64,000 nucleotides of DNA. Origin: Patescibacteria group bacterium. GTDB lineage: Bacteria; Patescibacteriota; UBA1384; 2-12-FULL-50-11. Shown here piece after piece: positions 45,773 to 55,988 of this stretch. The translations under genes were made by a program, and so were the position numbers. Below the pieces are notes generated by a model that was not told the origin of the DNA, did no database searches, and was given only the letters and a program-made list of their open reading frames with translations. Location: contig JBBUAP010000001.1 in assembly GCA_038058635.1 (NCBI GenBank), forward strand, positions 197,190 to 261,189, read 5' to 3'. Within the stretch, counting starts at the first letter, position 1. The number at the start of each line of letters is the position of its first letter.

Positions 45773-47266
45773 ATGCGCTGGGCGAACTTTCTCCACATCT
45801 ACCAACCGGCCGATCAGCAGCCCGATATTCTTGAAGCCATTGTCACCCAAAGTTACCGTCCTTTACTCGAAGGAATTCGTCGCCATCCTCGTGTTCGTCT
45901 GACTTTAAATGTCAGCGCCGCCTTGCTCGAACTTTTTGACCACTTCGGTTATTCAGATCTCATTGACGACCTCCGCACACTTGGTCGAGAAGGCCGAGTG
46001 GAATTCACTGGCACCGCCAAGTATCATACTTTCTTGCCACTATTGGAGGAAGATGAGATTCGTCGCCAGATAATTATCAACAATGAGGCAACAAAACATT
46101 TTCTGGGTGACGCGTATCAGCCGAAGGGATTTTTTCCACCAGAGATGGGCTATCAGGCTAACCTGCCGAAAATCTTGGCAGAGTTGGGATTCGAATGGGT
46201 GATCCTTGATGAAATTGCCCTCGGGACTCAGCCGGATATGGTAGATTACACAAAAACTTACACTATCGAGGGGACTAAATTGGGTGTTTTCTTCCGTCAG
46301 CGCCGAACCAGCAATATGATTATGAGCGCTTTAGTCCGCTCACCCGAGTCATTTGCGGAGGCGATGGAAGAAGATCTGAAATCTGATCGTTACTTGCTTA
46401 CCGGTATGGATGGCGAGACTCTCGGTCATCACCGTCCGGGGATGGAAAAAATATTCTTCGAGTTATTGGAGATTCCTGCTATTGAGCCGGTAACGGTCTC
46501 TGACTTACTGCGAATCTATCCCGAAACGGTTGCCGTTACGCCGGTGGCGTCGACTTGGGCATCAAGCCCCGAAGACATTAAGAGAAATGTCCAATTTTTG
46601 TCTTGGCACGATCCGGAAAACCCGATTCACGGCTGGCAGTGGGAATTTGTCGCCCTAGTTTTGAAGGAATTTAGGATGCTCGACCAGAGTAACCCCGCTT
46701 GGACAACCGTTCGTCAGAAGCTCGATCAAGCTCTGGCGTCTGACCACTTTTGGTGGGCGTCGGCTAAGCCCTGGTGGGGATTGGAGATGATTGAGGTTGG
46801 CGCTTATCATTTGCTCGATATAATCGAAACTATTCCCGATGTTGACACGAGTACAATTGATCAAGCCCGTCATTACTACGACCAGATTGTTTCGACGGCC
46901 TTTCAGTGGCAACGATCAGGAAAGATTCGCCAAATGACCAAAGAGCAACAACTCTCCCACCGGATTCCCCTTAAAGATCGGACCGTAGGCAAAGGCGGGG
47001 CCGAAGCTGGTGTGTATGAAGCTTTTGTAGCGATGATGCGGGAACGTGAAAAAGTCGCCACTACTGCTGGGGAGTATGAGAAGGCGATATTGTGGCGAGA
47101 TGCCGTCTATAAACTCGAGAATGGCTGGGATATTTACGATTCGATCAATGTCATTGACTTACTCCGGATCGAAATACCTAACCAAGAAGTCGAGAAGACT
47201 ATTCGGGCCTATAAAGACCGTTACTACCAAATCCGTGGCGGCCAACCAGAGCAACGCGGGAGCTAG
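45773..47266 (+). CDS. Glycoside hydrolase family 57
   Basis: HIYQP, GFFPPEM, MDGETLGHH, ASDHFWW. Confidence 0.88.
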   Translation: MRWANFLHIYQPADQQPDILEAIVTQSYRPLLEGIRRHPRVRLTLNVSAALLELFDHFGYSDLIDDLRTLGREGRVEFTGTAKYHTFLPLLEEDEIRRQIIINNEATKHFLGDAYQPKGFFPPEMGYQANLPKILAELGFEWVILDEIALGTQPDMVDYTKTYTIEGTKLGVFFRQRRTSNMIMSALVRSPESFAEAMEEDLKSDRYLLTGMDGETLGHHRPGMEKIFFELLEIPAIEPVTVSDLLRIYPETVAVTPVASTWASSPEDIKRNVQFLSWHDPENPIHGWQWEFVALVLKEFRMLDQSNPAWTTVRQKLDQALASDHFWWASAKPWWGLEMIEVGAYHLLDIIETIPDVDTSTIDQARHYYDQIVSTAFQWQRSGKIRQMTKEQQLSHRIPLKDRTVGKGGAEAGVYEAFVAMMREREKVATTAGEYEKAILWRDAVYKLENGWDIYDSINVIDLLRIEIPNQEVEKTIRAYKDRYYQIRGGQPEQRGS

Positions 47267-47272
47267 GAAGTT

Positions 47273-48133
47273 ATGACTAAGTTGGTTTTTACGCCGGGCT
47301 TGAAATCTAAGCTGAAGGACCTTCTTGGGAGCAACATCGTCAAGGTCGATTACGAGTCTCCAGTTACTGATACGGCGCTGGTTGCAAAGCTGACATTAGC
47401 AGACGGTCGGAAGGTACGATACAATTCTCGTCCCGGACAATCTGGAGTTACCACCTACGAATTGCCAAAATACCTAAGTCAGTTCAACCTTACTAGGGAC
47501 AAAACAGCAATTCTCGAGCCTATAGCTTTCATGTCTGACGAGCAAGCCATCATTTACCCACACATCGAAGGTAATACCTTAAAAAAATTATTTCCCGATG
47601 TAGCAGTAGATCCTTGGTTCGTTAGAATGGGTCAGTTACTGCGCGCGATTCACAATGCTCCGCCACCCGAATTTCTAGATAGAGTTTCCGCGGAAGATAT
47701 ACTGAAGCCGCTGATAGCTAAGGGTTTTGAGACTGCAAATACAGCACAATTAGTTAAACTGCTTGAAGGGGTGCCTCTTGATAACGTCTGCCATGGCGAT
47801 CCTGACCCATGCAATTGGCTGGTAGACGAAGATTCCGACCTTCTAACACTGATCGATTTTTCAGACGCCGGAAGATCAAGTGCAATGCACGATATCGCTA
47901 TTCTCTTATGCCACTCACGTCTTTCTGGCGCACCGGCTAACTTTGAGGAAGCTTTTTGGTCCGGCTACGGTCCAATTGATCAAGATGTGCAACACTATTT
48001 GAAGCTTTGGTTGGGTGTGGTTTACTTACGTAATGCTTACTACATTGAAACCTGGATTCCAGCTGGTGATCCCAAAAAGCCGAAGTTGATGAGCGAGCGC
48101 CTGGGTATGGCAGAAGAGTTAATGAAACAATGA
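47273..48133 (+). CDS. APH/choline-kinase-like phosphotransferase
   Basis: LRAIH, CHGDPDPCNWLV, LIDF, DIA. Confidence 0.85.
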   Translation: MTKLVFTPGLKSKLKDLLGSNIVKVDYESPVTDTALVAKLTLADGRKVRYNSRPGQSGVTTYELPKYLSQFNLTRDKTAILEPIAFMSDEQAIIYPHIEGNTLKKLFPDVAVDPWFVRMGQLLRAIHNAPPPEFLDRVSAEDILKPLIAKGFETANTAQLVKLLEGVPLDNVCHGDPDPCNWLVDEDSDLLTLIDFSDAGRSSAMHDIAILLCHSRLSGAPANFEEAFWSGYGPIDQDVQHYLKLWLGVVYLRNAYYIETWIPAGDPKKPKLMSERLGMAEELMKQ

Positions 48134-49509
48134 AAGTCGCTTTTATCGCCAGTGAATGCACCCCGCTAGCTAAGGTTGGTGGCTTGGGTGATGTCATCGG
48201 CGCTTTGCCAAAAGCTTTGGCTGAATTAGAGGTTGAGCCAATTATTCTGCTGCCCTACTACCGATCGATCGAAAAATACAAACCAACCAAGACCGATATA
48301 GAGCTCGAAACTACTGACGGTGATGGCAAAATAATTTGGTCGGTTTTCGAAACTGTTTTGCCGGAAACTGCCATCAGAGTCTTACTTTTACGACATCCTG
48401 ATTTTTGGATTGACGAAGTTTATGACTCGCCTAACGACCCCTTTCGTTTCGCGTCTTTCAGTATCGCCGCCGCCGCCCTTGCCCAGAAACTCAAGGTTAA
48501 TGTTGTCCACTGCCACGACTGGCACACGGCTTTGGCGTCGGTCGTACTCAAGGGTCGAGGGATTCCGACAGTAATTACCATTCATAATGTCCATCCAGGT
48601 ACGGGTCTAGACCAGATCTCCTCCGAACAACTCGGCACTCTAGGCATCGATACGACCAAGCTCGCCGCCGCTAAAGATGATCGGTCGAACTCATTTAGTT
48701 TGCTTGCCCAAGGTGTTGCCGCCGCCAATTTTATTACCACTGTCAGCCCGACCCACGCTGAAGAAATCAAAGCCGAAGCATTTGGCGGATCGCTGGCTGA
48801 ACTTTTTCGCCGACGATCAAAAGATCTCGAGGGCATCGTTAACGGCATCGATGTTGAAGTTTTTAATCCGGTCACCGATTCCAACATCGCTGAGAACTAT
48901 TCAGCCGAAAATCTTACTGGCAAGACGGCTTGTCGACAGGATTTGGAGCGCGCTGTTGGTTGGGAGCACTCCGACGCTCCGATCCTTGGTGTCGTCACCC
49001 GACTAACCAACCAGAAGGGGTTGGATCTAATTGCCTCAATCCTCCCAGATTTGGCGGCTGCCGGAACGAGGGTGATTATTCTTGGCACCGGAGAAGAGGC
49101 GATCGAAAGTAAGCTGACCAATTTAGCGGCGAAGTATGCCGATAATCTGAAAGCCCTGCTGCGCTTCGATGCCGTTTTAGCTCAAAAAATTTACGCCGGG
49201 TCAGACATGTTTTTGATGCCGTCGCGTTTTGAGCCTTGCGGATTAGGCCAGATGATCGCTATGCGCTACGGTACTCTGCCCGTCGTTAATAAAACCGGTG
49301 GTCTGGCCGATACTGTCATCGATAACCAAACGGGGTTCGTCTTAGAGCCGTTGTCGGCGAAGAATTTACTTACAACTATTGAGCGCGCTCTGGCTGTCTG
49401 GCACGACCACTCTAGCTGGCGAACGATGCAACTGACGGCGATGAAACAGGATTTTTCCTGGACCAAATCAGCCAAGCGCTATATCGAGATCTACAAAAAG
49501 TTGGTCTAG
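48130..49509 (+). CDS. glgA: Glycogen synthase (GT5), second copy
   Basis: KVGGLGDV, HCHDWHT, RLTNQKG, MPSRFEPCGLGQ. Confidence 0.94.
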   Translation: MKVAFIASECTPLAKVGGLGDVIGALPKALAELEVEPIILLPYYRSIEKYKPTKTDIELETTDGDGKIIWSVFETVLPETAIRVLLLRHPDFWIDEVYDSPNDPFRFASFSIAAAALAQKLKVNVVHCHDWHTALASVVLKGRGIPTVITIHNVHPGTGLDQISSEQLGTLGIDTTKLAAAKDDRSNSFSLLAQGVAAANFITTVSPTHAEEIKAEAFGGSLAELFRRRSKDLEGIVNGIDVEVFNPVTDSNIAENYSAENLTGKTACRQDLERAVGWEHSDAPILGVVTRLTNQKGLDLIASILPDLAAAGTRVIILGTGEEAIESKLTNLAAKYADNLKALLRFDAVLAQKIYAGSDMFLMPSRFEPCGLGQMIAMRYGTLPVVNKTGGLADTVIDNQTGFVLEPLSAKNLLTTIERALAVWHDHSSWRTMQLTAMKQDFSWTKSAKRYIEIYKKLV

Positions 49510-49991
49510 GCCGGAAGCATAAAGACTTGGCTTAAAGCGATTGCCACCGCGTCGGCGGCGTCGTCGCCGAGTTTCTTTTTTTCGTCGACACTAAAATAGT
49601 GACGAACGAAATTCTGAACATCTTTTTTCTTGGCTTTGCCGTTGCCGAGCAAGACTTTTTTTAAGCGCAGCGGGGCAATTTCCACAATCTCAATGTTGGC
49701 CTGTTGGGCGGCCAGCAGGACCACCCCGCGGGCCTGACCAACGGCAAATGCCGTCTTAGCGTTGTTGGCAAAGAAAATCATCTCGATGGCAATCAGATCC
49801 GGCTTAATTTCGTTAAAGCGCTTGACCATCTCGTAGTATATAAAGGAAAGCTTCTGCGGCTCCGGCGAATTGGGCGTGGTGACGATGCAGTCGTAATGAA
49901 TTAGATTCGGCTTGCCGCCGATAATCTCAATCAACCCCAAGCCCAGTCTCCCCGACCCCGGGTCAATCCCCAAAATTCTTTTCCCCCTCAT
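49506..49991 (-). CDS. ruvC: Holliday junction resolvase RuvC
   Basis: ILGIDPG, AIE..FF, VGQARG, GKAKK, DDAADAVAIA. Confidence 0.95.
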   Translation of the reverse strand: MRGKRILGIDPGSGRLGLGLIEIIGGKPNLIHYDCIVTTPNSPEPQKLSFIYYEMVKRFNEIKPDLIAIEMIFFANNAKTAFAVGQARGVVLLAAQQANIEIVEIAPLRLKKVLLGNGKAKKKDVQNFVRHYFSVDEKKKLGDDAADAVAIALSQVFMLPA

Positions 49992-49998
49992 CGTTTAC

Positions 49999-50727
49999 TC
50001 ACCCTAACAGGTTTTCGGCGATTTCGAAGTTGCTGGCGACTCGCGTCACATCATCAAGCTCTTCCAACGCTTCCGCCAATTTGATAATTTTTTCCGCTAA
50101 TTTCTCATCGGTAATTGGGACGCTGGCGATGGGATGATACACAAAGCTAATGTCGTGACTCTCAAATCCAGTTTCCGCCAATTGGCGCCGAACATGCTCG
50201 AGCTCTTTCGGGTCGGTGTAAACAAAAACTTTTCCATCAGCGGTTTCAAAATCTTGGGCTCCGGCATCAATCGCCGCCAACTCCAACTCGTCTGGTCGGT
50301 CAGTTTCAAAGACAATTTGGCCTCGTCGTTTAAATAGATAGCCAACCGAACCCGATTCAGCCAATTTGCCGCCGTTCTTATTTAAGACCGCCCGAATGTC
50401 GCCAGTTGATCGATTATGATTGTCGGTGGCGGCCTCAATCAAAAAACCGGTTCCGCCCGGGCCGTAGGCCTCGAAGACAATCTCTTCCAGGTTGGCGGCG
50501 TCGCTACCCCTAGCTTTGTCAATCGCCCGTTCGATATTGTCCTTAGGCATATTAGCCCCGTGGGCTTGGTCGACGGCCACCCGTAATTGAAAATTCATAC
50601 CAGGGTCAGTACCGTGCCGAGCAGCCACCGTAATTGCTCGAGATAATTTACTAAAAACCGCCCCTCGTTTGGCGTCGGCCGCCCCCTTCTGATGTTTTAT
50701 TGAACTCCACTTGGAATGACCGCTCAT
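49999..50727 (-). CDS. yebC: YebC/PmpR family protein
   Basis: MSGHSKWSSIKHQK, NMPKDNIERAI, EAYGPGG, TDN.NR. Confidence 0.96.
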   Translation of the reverse strand: MSGHSKWSSIKHQKGAADAKRGAVFSKLSRAITVAARHGTDPGMNFQLRVAVDQAHGANMPKDNIERAIDKARGSDAANLEEIVFEAYGPGGTGFLIEAATDNHNRSTGDIRAVLNKNGGKLAESGSVGYLFKRRGQIVFETDRPDELELAAIDAGAQDFETADGKVFVYTDPKELEHVRRQLAETGFESHDISFVYHPIASVPITDEKLAEKIIKLAEALEELDDVTRVASNFEIAENLLG

Positions 50728-50885
50728 TGTCTCGATTCTACTCTGAAAATCTCAGCCTAACCACCCCCAAATCCCGATTTCAAAACTAATCAGCTCCCAC
50801 TGTACCGTATGGGTTTAAACCCATACGAGAGACTATAATGTATCTCCGTGTGCGGAAGGATAGTGCGTTGTCAGACTGTCTACTA

Positions 50886-51785
50886 TCACAGGCTGGTTTG
50901 GTAGGAATAGCCCTCGGGGGTGATGTCGAAACGGATCGTGCCGGATTGGTCGGTGCGTAAGACCGGAATGCCGAGTTGCTGGAGATGTTCGAGCGTGATT
51001 TGGTGAGGGTGGCCGTAGCGATTATTCTGGCCGGCCGAGATAATAGCGACTTTCGGCGAGACCGCCTGCAAAAACGGTACCGACGAGCTGGTATTACTGC
51101 CGTGATGGCCAACTTTCAAGATATCGGCGTGTTTAACAATCCCCCGCGCTAGCATATTGGCTTCGTGTTCGCTTTCGGCGTCGCCTGTTAACATGGCGGT
51201 CGTTGGGCCGTACTGCCAGTAAGTGACGACGCTAGCGTCGTGAGGATTTTCCGGCGCCCGAGCGGCAAAACTTTCCAGCGGATAAAGGGTGATGCCAGTT
51301 AAACCACTGACAGTAAATGTTTTGCCGGCAGTGACATCGATGATTTTAATCTTTTTTTCCGCTACTAACGCCACAAATTTTTTATAGGTCGCCGAGTCGT
51401 AAGTAGCGCCCGAAATCCAAATTTCATCCACTTTATAGCGCTCCAACACGCTGTATATTCCCGAAAGATGGTCGGCGTGGTTGTGGGTGACGATGATCAG
51501 ATCAATCTCTTTGTCGGTCAGCGGCATTGCTTTGGAGAGTTGCGACAGAACCGAGGTGTTCGGTCCGCCGTCGATTAAAACTTGGTGTCCGTCGCTAGTG
51601 TCAAACAGAGCTGAATCGCCCTGGCCGACATCGAAAAACCATAGTCTTAAAGCGCTATCGCGCTCGGCCGCTTGAAATTGGGAGGTGCCAAAAGTAATAA
51701 GAAGCAAGGCGATAACGGCCAGAACAAATTGTAGCGCTTTGTTCTTCCCGAGAAAGCGGAGGTAGCCAGTGTCGCTAGCTGGCAT
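50886..51785 (-). CDS. ComEC/Rec2 C-terminal MBL domain as a separate gene
   Basis: FFDVGQGDS, LIDGG, THNHADH, LTGDAE, KVGHHGS, NRYGHP. Confidence 0.9.
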   Translation of the reverse strand: MPASDTGYLRFLGKNKALQFVLAVIALLLITFGTSQFQAAERDSALRLWFFDVGQGDSALFDTSDGHQVLIDGGPNTSVLSQLSKAMPLTDKEIDLIIVTHNHADHLSGIYSVLERYKVDEIWISGATYDSATYKKFVALVAEKKIKIIDVTAGKTFTVSGLTGITLYPLESFAARAPENPHDASVVTYWQYGPTTAMLTGDAESEHEANMLARGIVKHADILKVGHHGSNTSSSVPFLQAVSPKVAIISAGQNNRYGHPHQITLEHLQQLGIPVLRTDQSGTIRFDITPEGYSYQTSL

Positions 51786-52974
51786 CTTTTTCTTCGACGG
51801 CGAGTCGGTCAAACAAATCGTATTGCAGAGGCCGTCGGACATTGAGCCACTCCAACCCGCCGACAATAACGATCATCAATCCGGCAACAATCCACACCGG
51901 TAAAGTTAAATTAGTTGAAGCGAATTGCCAGCTTGCCAGTTTTTCGCTCGAAAAAATAATCCAAGTCAAAAGCGGCCAGCTGGCCAACATGATCGCATTG
52001 CCGATGACGGGAATAACCATCAACAGCGCGCCGATAATGCCGATCGTCATCACCAGCGGAACTAGCGGTAAAACCAAGATATTGGACAGCGGTGAAATCA
52101 CCGATAGTCGCTCAAAGTGAGCGATAATCAGCGGTGCGGTTAATAAAATCGCCGAGAAAGTTTCCGCTAATATATGTCGCAAAATCACTGGCAATTTTGT
52201 TCGCATCAGCAGGCGGTTTAGGTACGGCGAGAGGCGAACCAGCCCGTAAGTGGCGGCGACCGAAAGCTGGAAGCCAACATCGAAGATAATCTTCGGCTCG
52301 AACATCACCAAAACCGCCGCTGCAAATATCAAGATGTTGACCGCACGGCTGGGGCGACCCAAGTATTTCGCTAAAATGACCGTCAAGGCCATCGCCGCCG
52401 CCCGCAAGATCGAGGCCGGGGCACCGGTAATAATAACAAAGAGCAGAATCAGCGCTGACGATACCCAGAGAGCTTTACGGCCGATGAGCGGCCAGAAAAT
52501 ACTGGTAGTGTTGGCAGTCAAAATCGTTAAATTGTAGCCAGAGACGGCGATGATATGGGTTAAGCCGACGGCGCGGAAGATGTCGATCAAATCTTTATCG
52601 AGTTTAATTCGGTTGCCCAATAGGATGCCAGACATCAGTGAGCCGTGCGGCTCGGGCAGAGCCAGAGAAATTTTGTCGACGATCAGATCCCGCAAATTAC
52701 CCAGCGCACCTGCCAACTGGCCGATAACGGTTAGATTGAGCCAGACTTCGCCGGTAGTCACTTGCCACAGAAATGCCCCGAACGACAAGCCAAAAAGAGT
52801 AAAGGCGATGGTTTCGATCGGTTCGTCTTGGCCGCTCAAGGCAACTATTAGCCAGATGGCGGTGACCCAGCCGATAATTAAGCGATCGATTTCAAAGTAC
52901 GATCCGATCACCGCCCCAGCAATTACTGCCAGGCAAGTCAGAGCAAATTTTCGGGAAGGGGTTAGCCACTCCAT
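51775..52974 (-). CDS. comEC: ComEC/Rec2 membrane (competence) domain
   Basis: GILLG, GLTHIIAVSGYN, SILRAA.M, DVGFQLS..AT. Confidence 0.92.
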   Translation of the reverse strand: MEWLTPSRKFALTCLAVIAGAVIGSYFEIDRLIIGWVTAIWLIVALSGQDEPIETIAFTLFGLSFGAFLWQVTTGEVWLNLTVIGQLAGALGNLRDLIVDKISLALPEPHGSLMSGILLGNRIKLDKDLIDIFRAVGLTHIIAVSGYNLTILTANTTSIFWPLIGRKALWVSSALILLFVIITGAPASILRAAAMALTVILAKYLGRPSRAVNILIFAAAVLVMFEPKIIFDVGFQLSVAATYGLVRLSPYLNRLLMRTKLPVILRHILAETFSAILLTAPLIIAHFERLSVISPLSNILVLPLVPLVMTIGIIGALLMVIPVIGNAIMLASWPLLTWIIFSSEKLASWQFASTNLTLPVWIVAGLMIVIVGGLEWLNVRRPLQYDLFDRLAVEEKDAS

Positions 52975-53037
52975 GGTCGAAACTTAACAGAATTTAACCT
53001 GGACGCAAACCTTGTTTGGCGGTAAACTGGTGTCAAT

Positions 53038-53547
53038 ATGGCCAAGAAACCAACCAGTCCAAAACTAACCCACTTCGAAAAAGAACTAGCCGCGGAGCAC
53101 GAGGCCAAGCTGCGCCTGGCGGCGGAGTACGCTAACTACCAAAAACGAGTTGAGGTTGAAAAGGATGCCTTAAGAAAGCACGCCAGTCGCGACTTGCTGG
53201 AAAAACTTTTCCCCATTTTTGATAATTTTTACCGGGCCAGTACACATGCGCCGGAAGTCAGTTTGGAAGATCTGCCAAATCTGACCGAAAGCGATTACCA
53301 GAAAATCTTTAACTATTTTTCTGGCCTGCGTTTGATTGAAAAACAGCTCGAACAAGTTTTGGGCGAAGCCGGACTAAAGCGGATTCCGACTGCTGACCAA
53401 CCATTTGATCACAATCTCCACGAAGCCATCTCTCACGAACCCAGCGTCGAAGTCCCGGCCGATCATATCATTGCTGAAATCGAAGCCGGCTGGACAATCG
53501 ACGACACGGTTATTAAACCCGCTAAAGTCCGGGTTTCCAAAGGGTAG
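53038..53547 (+). CDS. grpE: Nucleotide exchange factor GrpE
   Basis: RLAAEYANYQKR, DNF.RA, FDHNLHEA, IKPAKVRV. Confidence 0.93.
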   Translation: MAKKPTSPKLTHFEKELAAEHEAKLRLAAEYANYQKRVEVEKDALRKHASRDLLEKLFPIFDNFYRASTHAPEVSLEDLPNLTESDYQKIFNYFSGLRLIEKQLEQVLGEAGLKRIPTADQPFDHNLHEAISHEPSVEVPADHIIAEIEAGWTIDDTVIKPAKVRVSKG

Positions 53548-53769
53548 GGTAGTTTTGGCCCGGCGGATGCCGGGCCGTTCGGGATGTGACCGGAGATCGG
53601 AAAGGCTGGGTCGTGGATGCAGGTTGGATCGTTCGGTTAGCTCGCGAGCGAAGCGATCAGCTTCTTCCATTGCCGCCAGTAACTTAGTGACATTTTCCGG
53701 CACTTCCAGCCAGGCCTTCACCCGAGTCACTACTTCTTCGGTCGATAGCTTCGTTGGTTCATTGGGCAT
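53374..53769 (-). CDS. Hypothetical antisense ORF between grpE and dnaK
   Basis: GAGGAGG RBS; 3' end overlaps grpE by 174 nt. Confidence 0.4.
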   Translation of the reverse strand: MPNEPTKLSTEEVVTRVKAWLEVPENVTKLLAAMEEADRFARELTERSNLHPRPSLSDLRSHPERPGIRRAKTTLPFGNPDFSGFNNRVVDCPAGFDFSNDMIGRDFDAGFVRDGFVEIVIKWLVSSRNPL

Positions 53770-53809
53770 GATCTGCCTCCTCGTGTCCTAGACTAGCACT
53801 TTCCCGTCC

Positions 53810-53839
53810 TTGACAAAATGTAAAGCGTCCTTTACATTT
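53810..53839 (+). promoter_or_regulatory. dnaK promoter with an overlapping inverted repeat
   Basis: TTGACA-17 nt-TACATT; AAATGTAAAG-CGTC-CTTTACATTT. Confidence 0.65.
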
Positions 53840-53875
53840 GTTGTATGATATTCAAAACAAAGGAGGAACTCTAAT

Positions 53876-55804
53876 ATGGCAAAAATTATTGGAATTGATC
53901 TAGGTACAACTAACTCGGCTTCAGCTGTTATTGAAGGCGGCAAAGCCAAAATGATCCCGACCGCTGAAGGCGGCAATCTGGTGCCGTCGATTGTGGCGGT
54001 CAACAAAAAAGGCGAACGCCTCGTCGGCACGCTGGCCAAGCGCCAGTCTGTTACCAACCCCGAAAACACTGTTTACTCCATCAAGCGCGTCATGGGTCGC
54101 AAGTTCGAGGACGAAGAAGTCCAGCGCGACATCAAGCTGATGCCGTACAAAATCGTCAAAGCTAACGGCGGCGTCAAAGTCACCATTGGCGATAAAGATC
54201 AAACCCCCCAGGAAATCTCCTCAATGATCCTCGCCAAGATCAAAGCCGATGCCGAAGCCTACCTCGGCGAAAAAGTCGACGGCGCTGTCATTACCGTCCC
54301 GGCCTACTTCAACGACTCCCAGCGCCAGGCCACCAAAGACGCGGGCACAATCGCCGGCCTCGACGTCAAACGCATTATCAACGAACCAACCGCCGCCGCT
54401 CTGGCTTACGGAATCAACAAAGAAGACAAAAAAGATCAGAAAGTCGCCGTTTACGACTTTGGTGGTGGAACATTTGACATCACCATCATCGAAATCGGCG
54501 AAGACAAAGGCGAATCCAGCTTCGAAGTCCTCTCCACTAACGGCGACACGCACTTAGGCGGTGACGATATCGACATTCAAGTCATGAACTGGATTGTCGA
54601 TGAATTCAAAACCAAAGAAGGGGTTGATTTGAAGGGTGACGCCATGGCGATGCAGCGCGTTAAAGAAGCAGCGGAAAAAGCCAAGATCGAACTCTCGCAA
54701 ACCCAAGAAGCCGAGATTAACCTGCCGTTTATCTCTGCTGATGCTGATGGTCCAAAGAACCTTCAGATGAATCTCTCCCGCGCCAAGTTGGAAAATTTGG
54801 TTGGCGATCTAGTCAAAAAAACCCAGGGCATCTCCGAGGCCGCCCTCAAAGATGCCAAACTGACCAAAGCTGACATCGACGAAGTAATTCTCGTTGGTGG
54901 TATGACTCGCATGCCGTTAATCCAGCAAATTGTCAAAGATGTTTTTGGCAAAGATCCGAGTAAAGGTGTCAACCCAGACGAAGCCGTTGCCTTAGGTGCG
55001 GCCATTAACGGCGGCGTGCTTTCCGGTGAAGTCAAAGACATTCTCTTGCTCGATGTCACCCCGCTGACACTGGGCTTGGAAACATTGGGTGGAGTAATGA
55101 CGCCGTTAATTGAGCGCAACACCACTATCCCCGCCTCCAAAACCGAAACCTTCTCGACTGCTAGCGACAATCAGCCTTCAGTTGAAATTCATGTTTTGCA
55201 GGGCGAACGACCGATGGCCGGCGACAACCGTACTCTGGGTAAATTCCATCTCGATGGTATTCCACCGGCTCCGCGTGGCGTCCCGCAAGTCGAAGTCACC
55301 TTCGATATCGACGCCAACGGCATTCTCAATGTCAAAGCCAAAGACAAAGCGACTTCCAAAGAGCAACACATCACCATTACCGCCAGCTCTGGTTTGTCCA
55401 AAGAAGAGATCGAAAAGATGAAAACCGAGGCCGAGGCCCATGCCGCCGACGACGCTAAGAAAAAGGAACTCGTCGAAGAGCGCAACGCTGCCGAAAACCT
55501 CATTCACCTCTCCGAAAAAACCCTCAAAGACGCTGGCGACAAGGTCAAGCCAGACGACAAGCGCGAAGTCGAAGACGCTGTTACCGCCGTCAAAGCCGTC
55601 ATCCACAACGACGACAAAGACAAAATCAAAGAGGGAGCGGAAAAACTAAGCGCCGCCCTCCAAAAAGTTGGCGCCGCGATGTATAAACAGAACGCTGCCG
55701 ACGCGCCAAAACCGGAAGAAGAGCTGCCAAAGGACGACGGCACCCCGGACACAAATGTGCCGGAAGAACCAAAGTCGGACGAGCCGAAAGAAGAAGCAAA
55801 GTAA
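53876..55804 (+). CDS. dnaK: Chaperone DnaK
   Basis: [40 protein letters not shown]; AAGGAGG RBS. Confidence 0.99.
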   Translation: MAKIIGIDLGTTNSASAVIEGGKAKMIPTAEGGNLVPSIVAVNKKGERLVGTLAKRQSVTNPENTVYSIKRVMGRKFEDEEVQRDIKLMPYKIVKANGGVKVTIGDKDQTPQEISSMILAKIKADAEAYLGEKVDGAVITVPAYFNDSQRQATKDAGTIAGLDVKRIINEPTAAALAYGINKEDKKDQKVAVYDFGGGTFDITIIEIGEDKGESSFEVLSTNGDTHLGGDDIDIQVMNWIVDEFKTKEGVDLKGDAMAMQRVKEAAEKAKIELSQTQEAEINLPFISADADGPKNLQMNLSRAKLENLVGDLVKKTQGISEAALKDAKLTKADIDEVILVGGMTRMPLIQQIVKDVFGKDPSKGVNPDEAVALGAAINGGVLSGEVKDILLLDVTPLTLGLETLGGVMTPLIERNTTIPASKTETFSTASDNQPSVEIHVLQGERPMAGDNRTLGKFHLDGIPPAPRGVPQVEVTFDIDANGILNVKAKDKATSKEQHITITASSGLSKEEIEKMKTEAEAHAADDAKKKELVEERNAAENLIHLSEKTLKDAGDKVKPDDKREVEDAVTAVKAVIHNDDKDKIKEGAEKLSAALQKVGAAMYKQNAADAPKPEEELPKDDGTPDTNVPEEPKSDEPKEEAK

Positions 55805-55823
55805 AAGCTCGGGAGTAGCGTAG

Positions 55824-55854
55824 AAAGCGGCGGGCTTATCAGCCCGCCGCTTTT
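55824..55854 (+). terminator. Intrinsic terminator
   Basis: AAAGCGGCGGGCT-TATC-AGCCCGCCGCTTTT. Confidence 0.9.
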
Positions 55855-55988
55855 GTAAGCACTGTTCGGTTAACCTGGGAAAGAGTAAAATATGAGCAAT
55901 GTCTGACGATCAAAATAACCAACTTCGAACTCAATTTTGGGAGGCTGCCAGAGGGTTAGTAGCAAGCCCTAGAAACATATAACAAATC

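Noticed and set aside
53793-53820. Complete CIRCE element
   Set aside because: Only the left half-site is present; no GAGTGCTAA at 9-nt spacing
53788-55752. Multiple antisense ORFs over dnaK (and similar ones over ftsH, rny, recG)
   Set aside because: Expected shadow ORFs from codon bias, with no motifs or RBS
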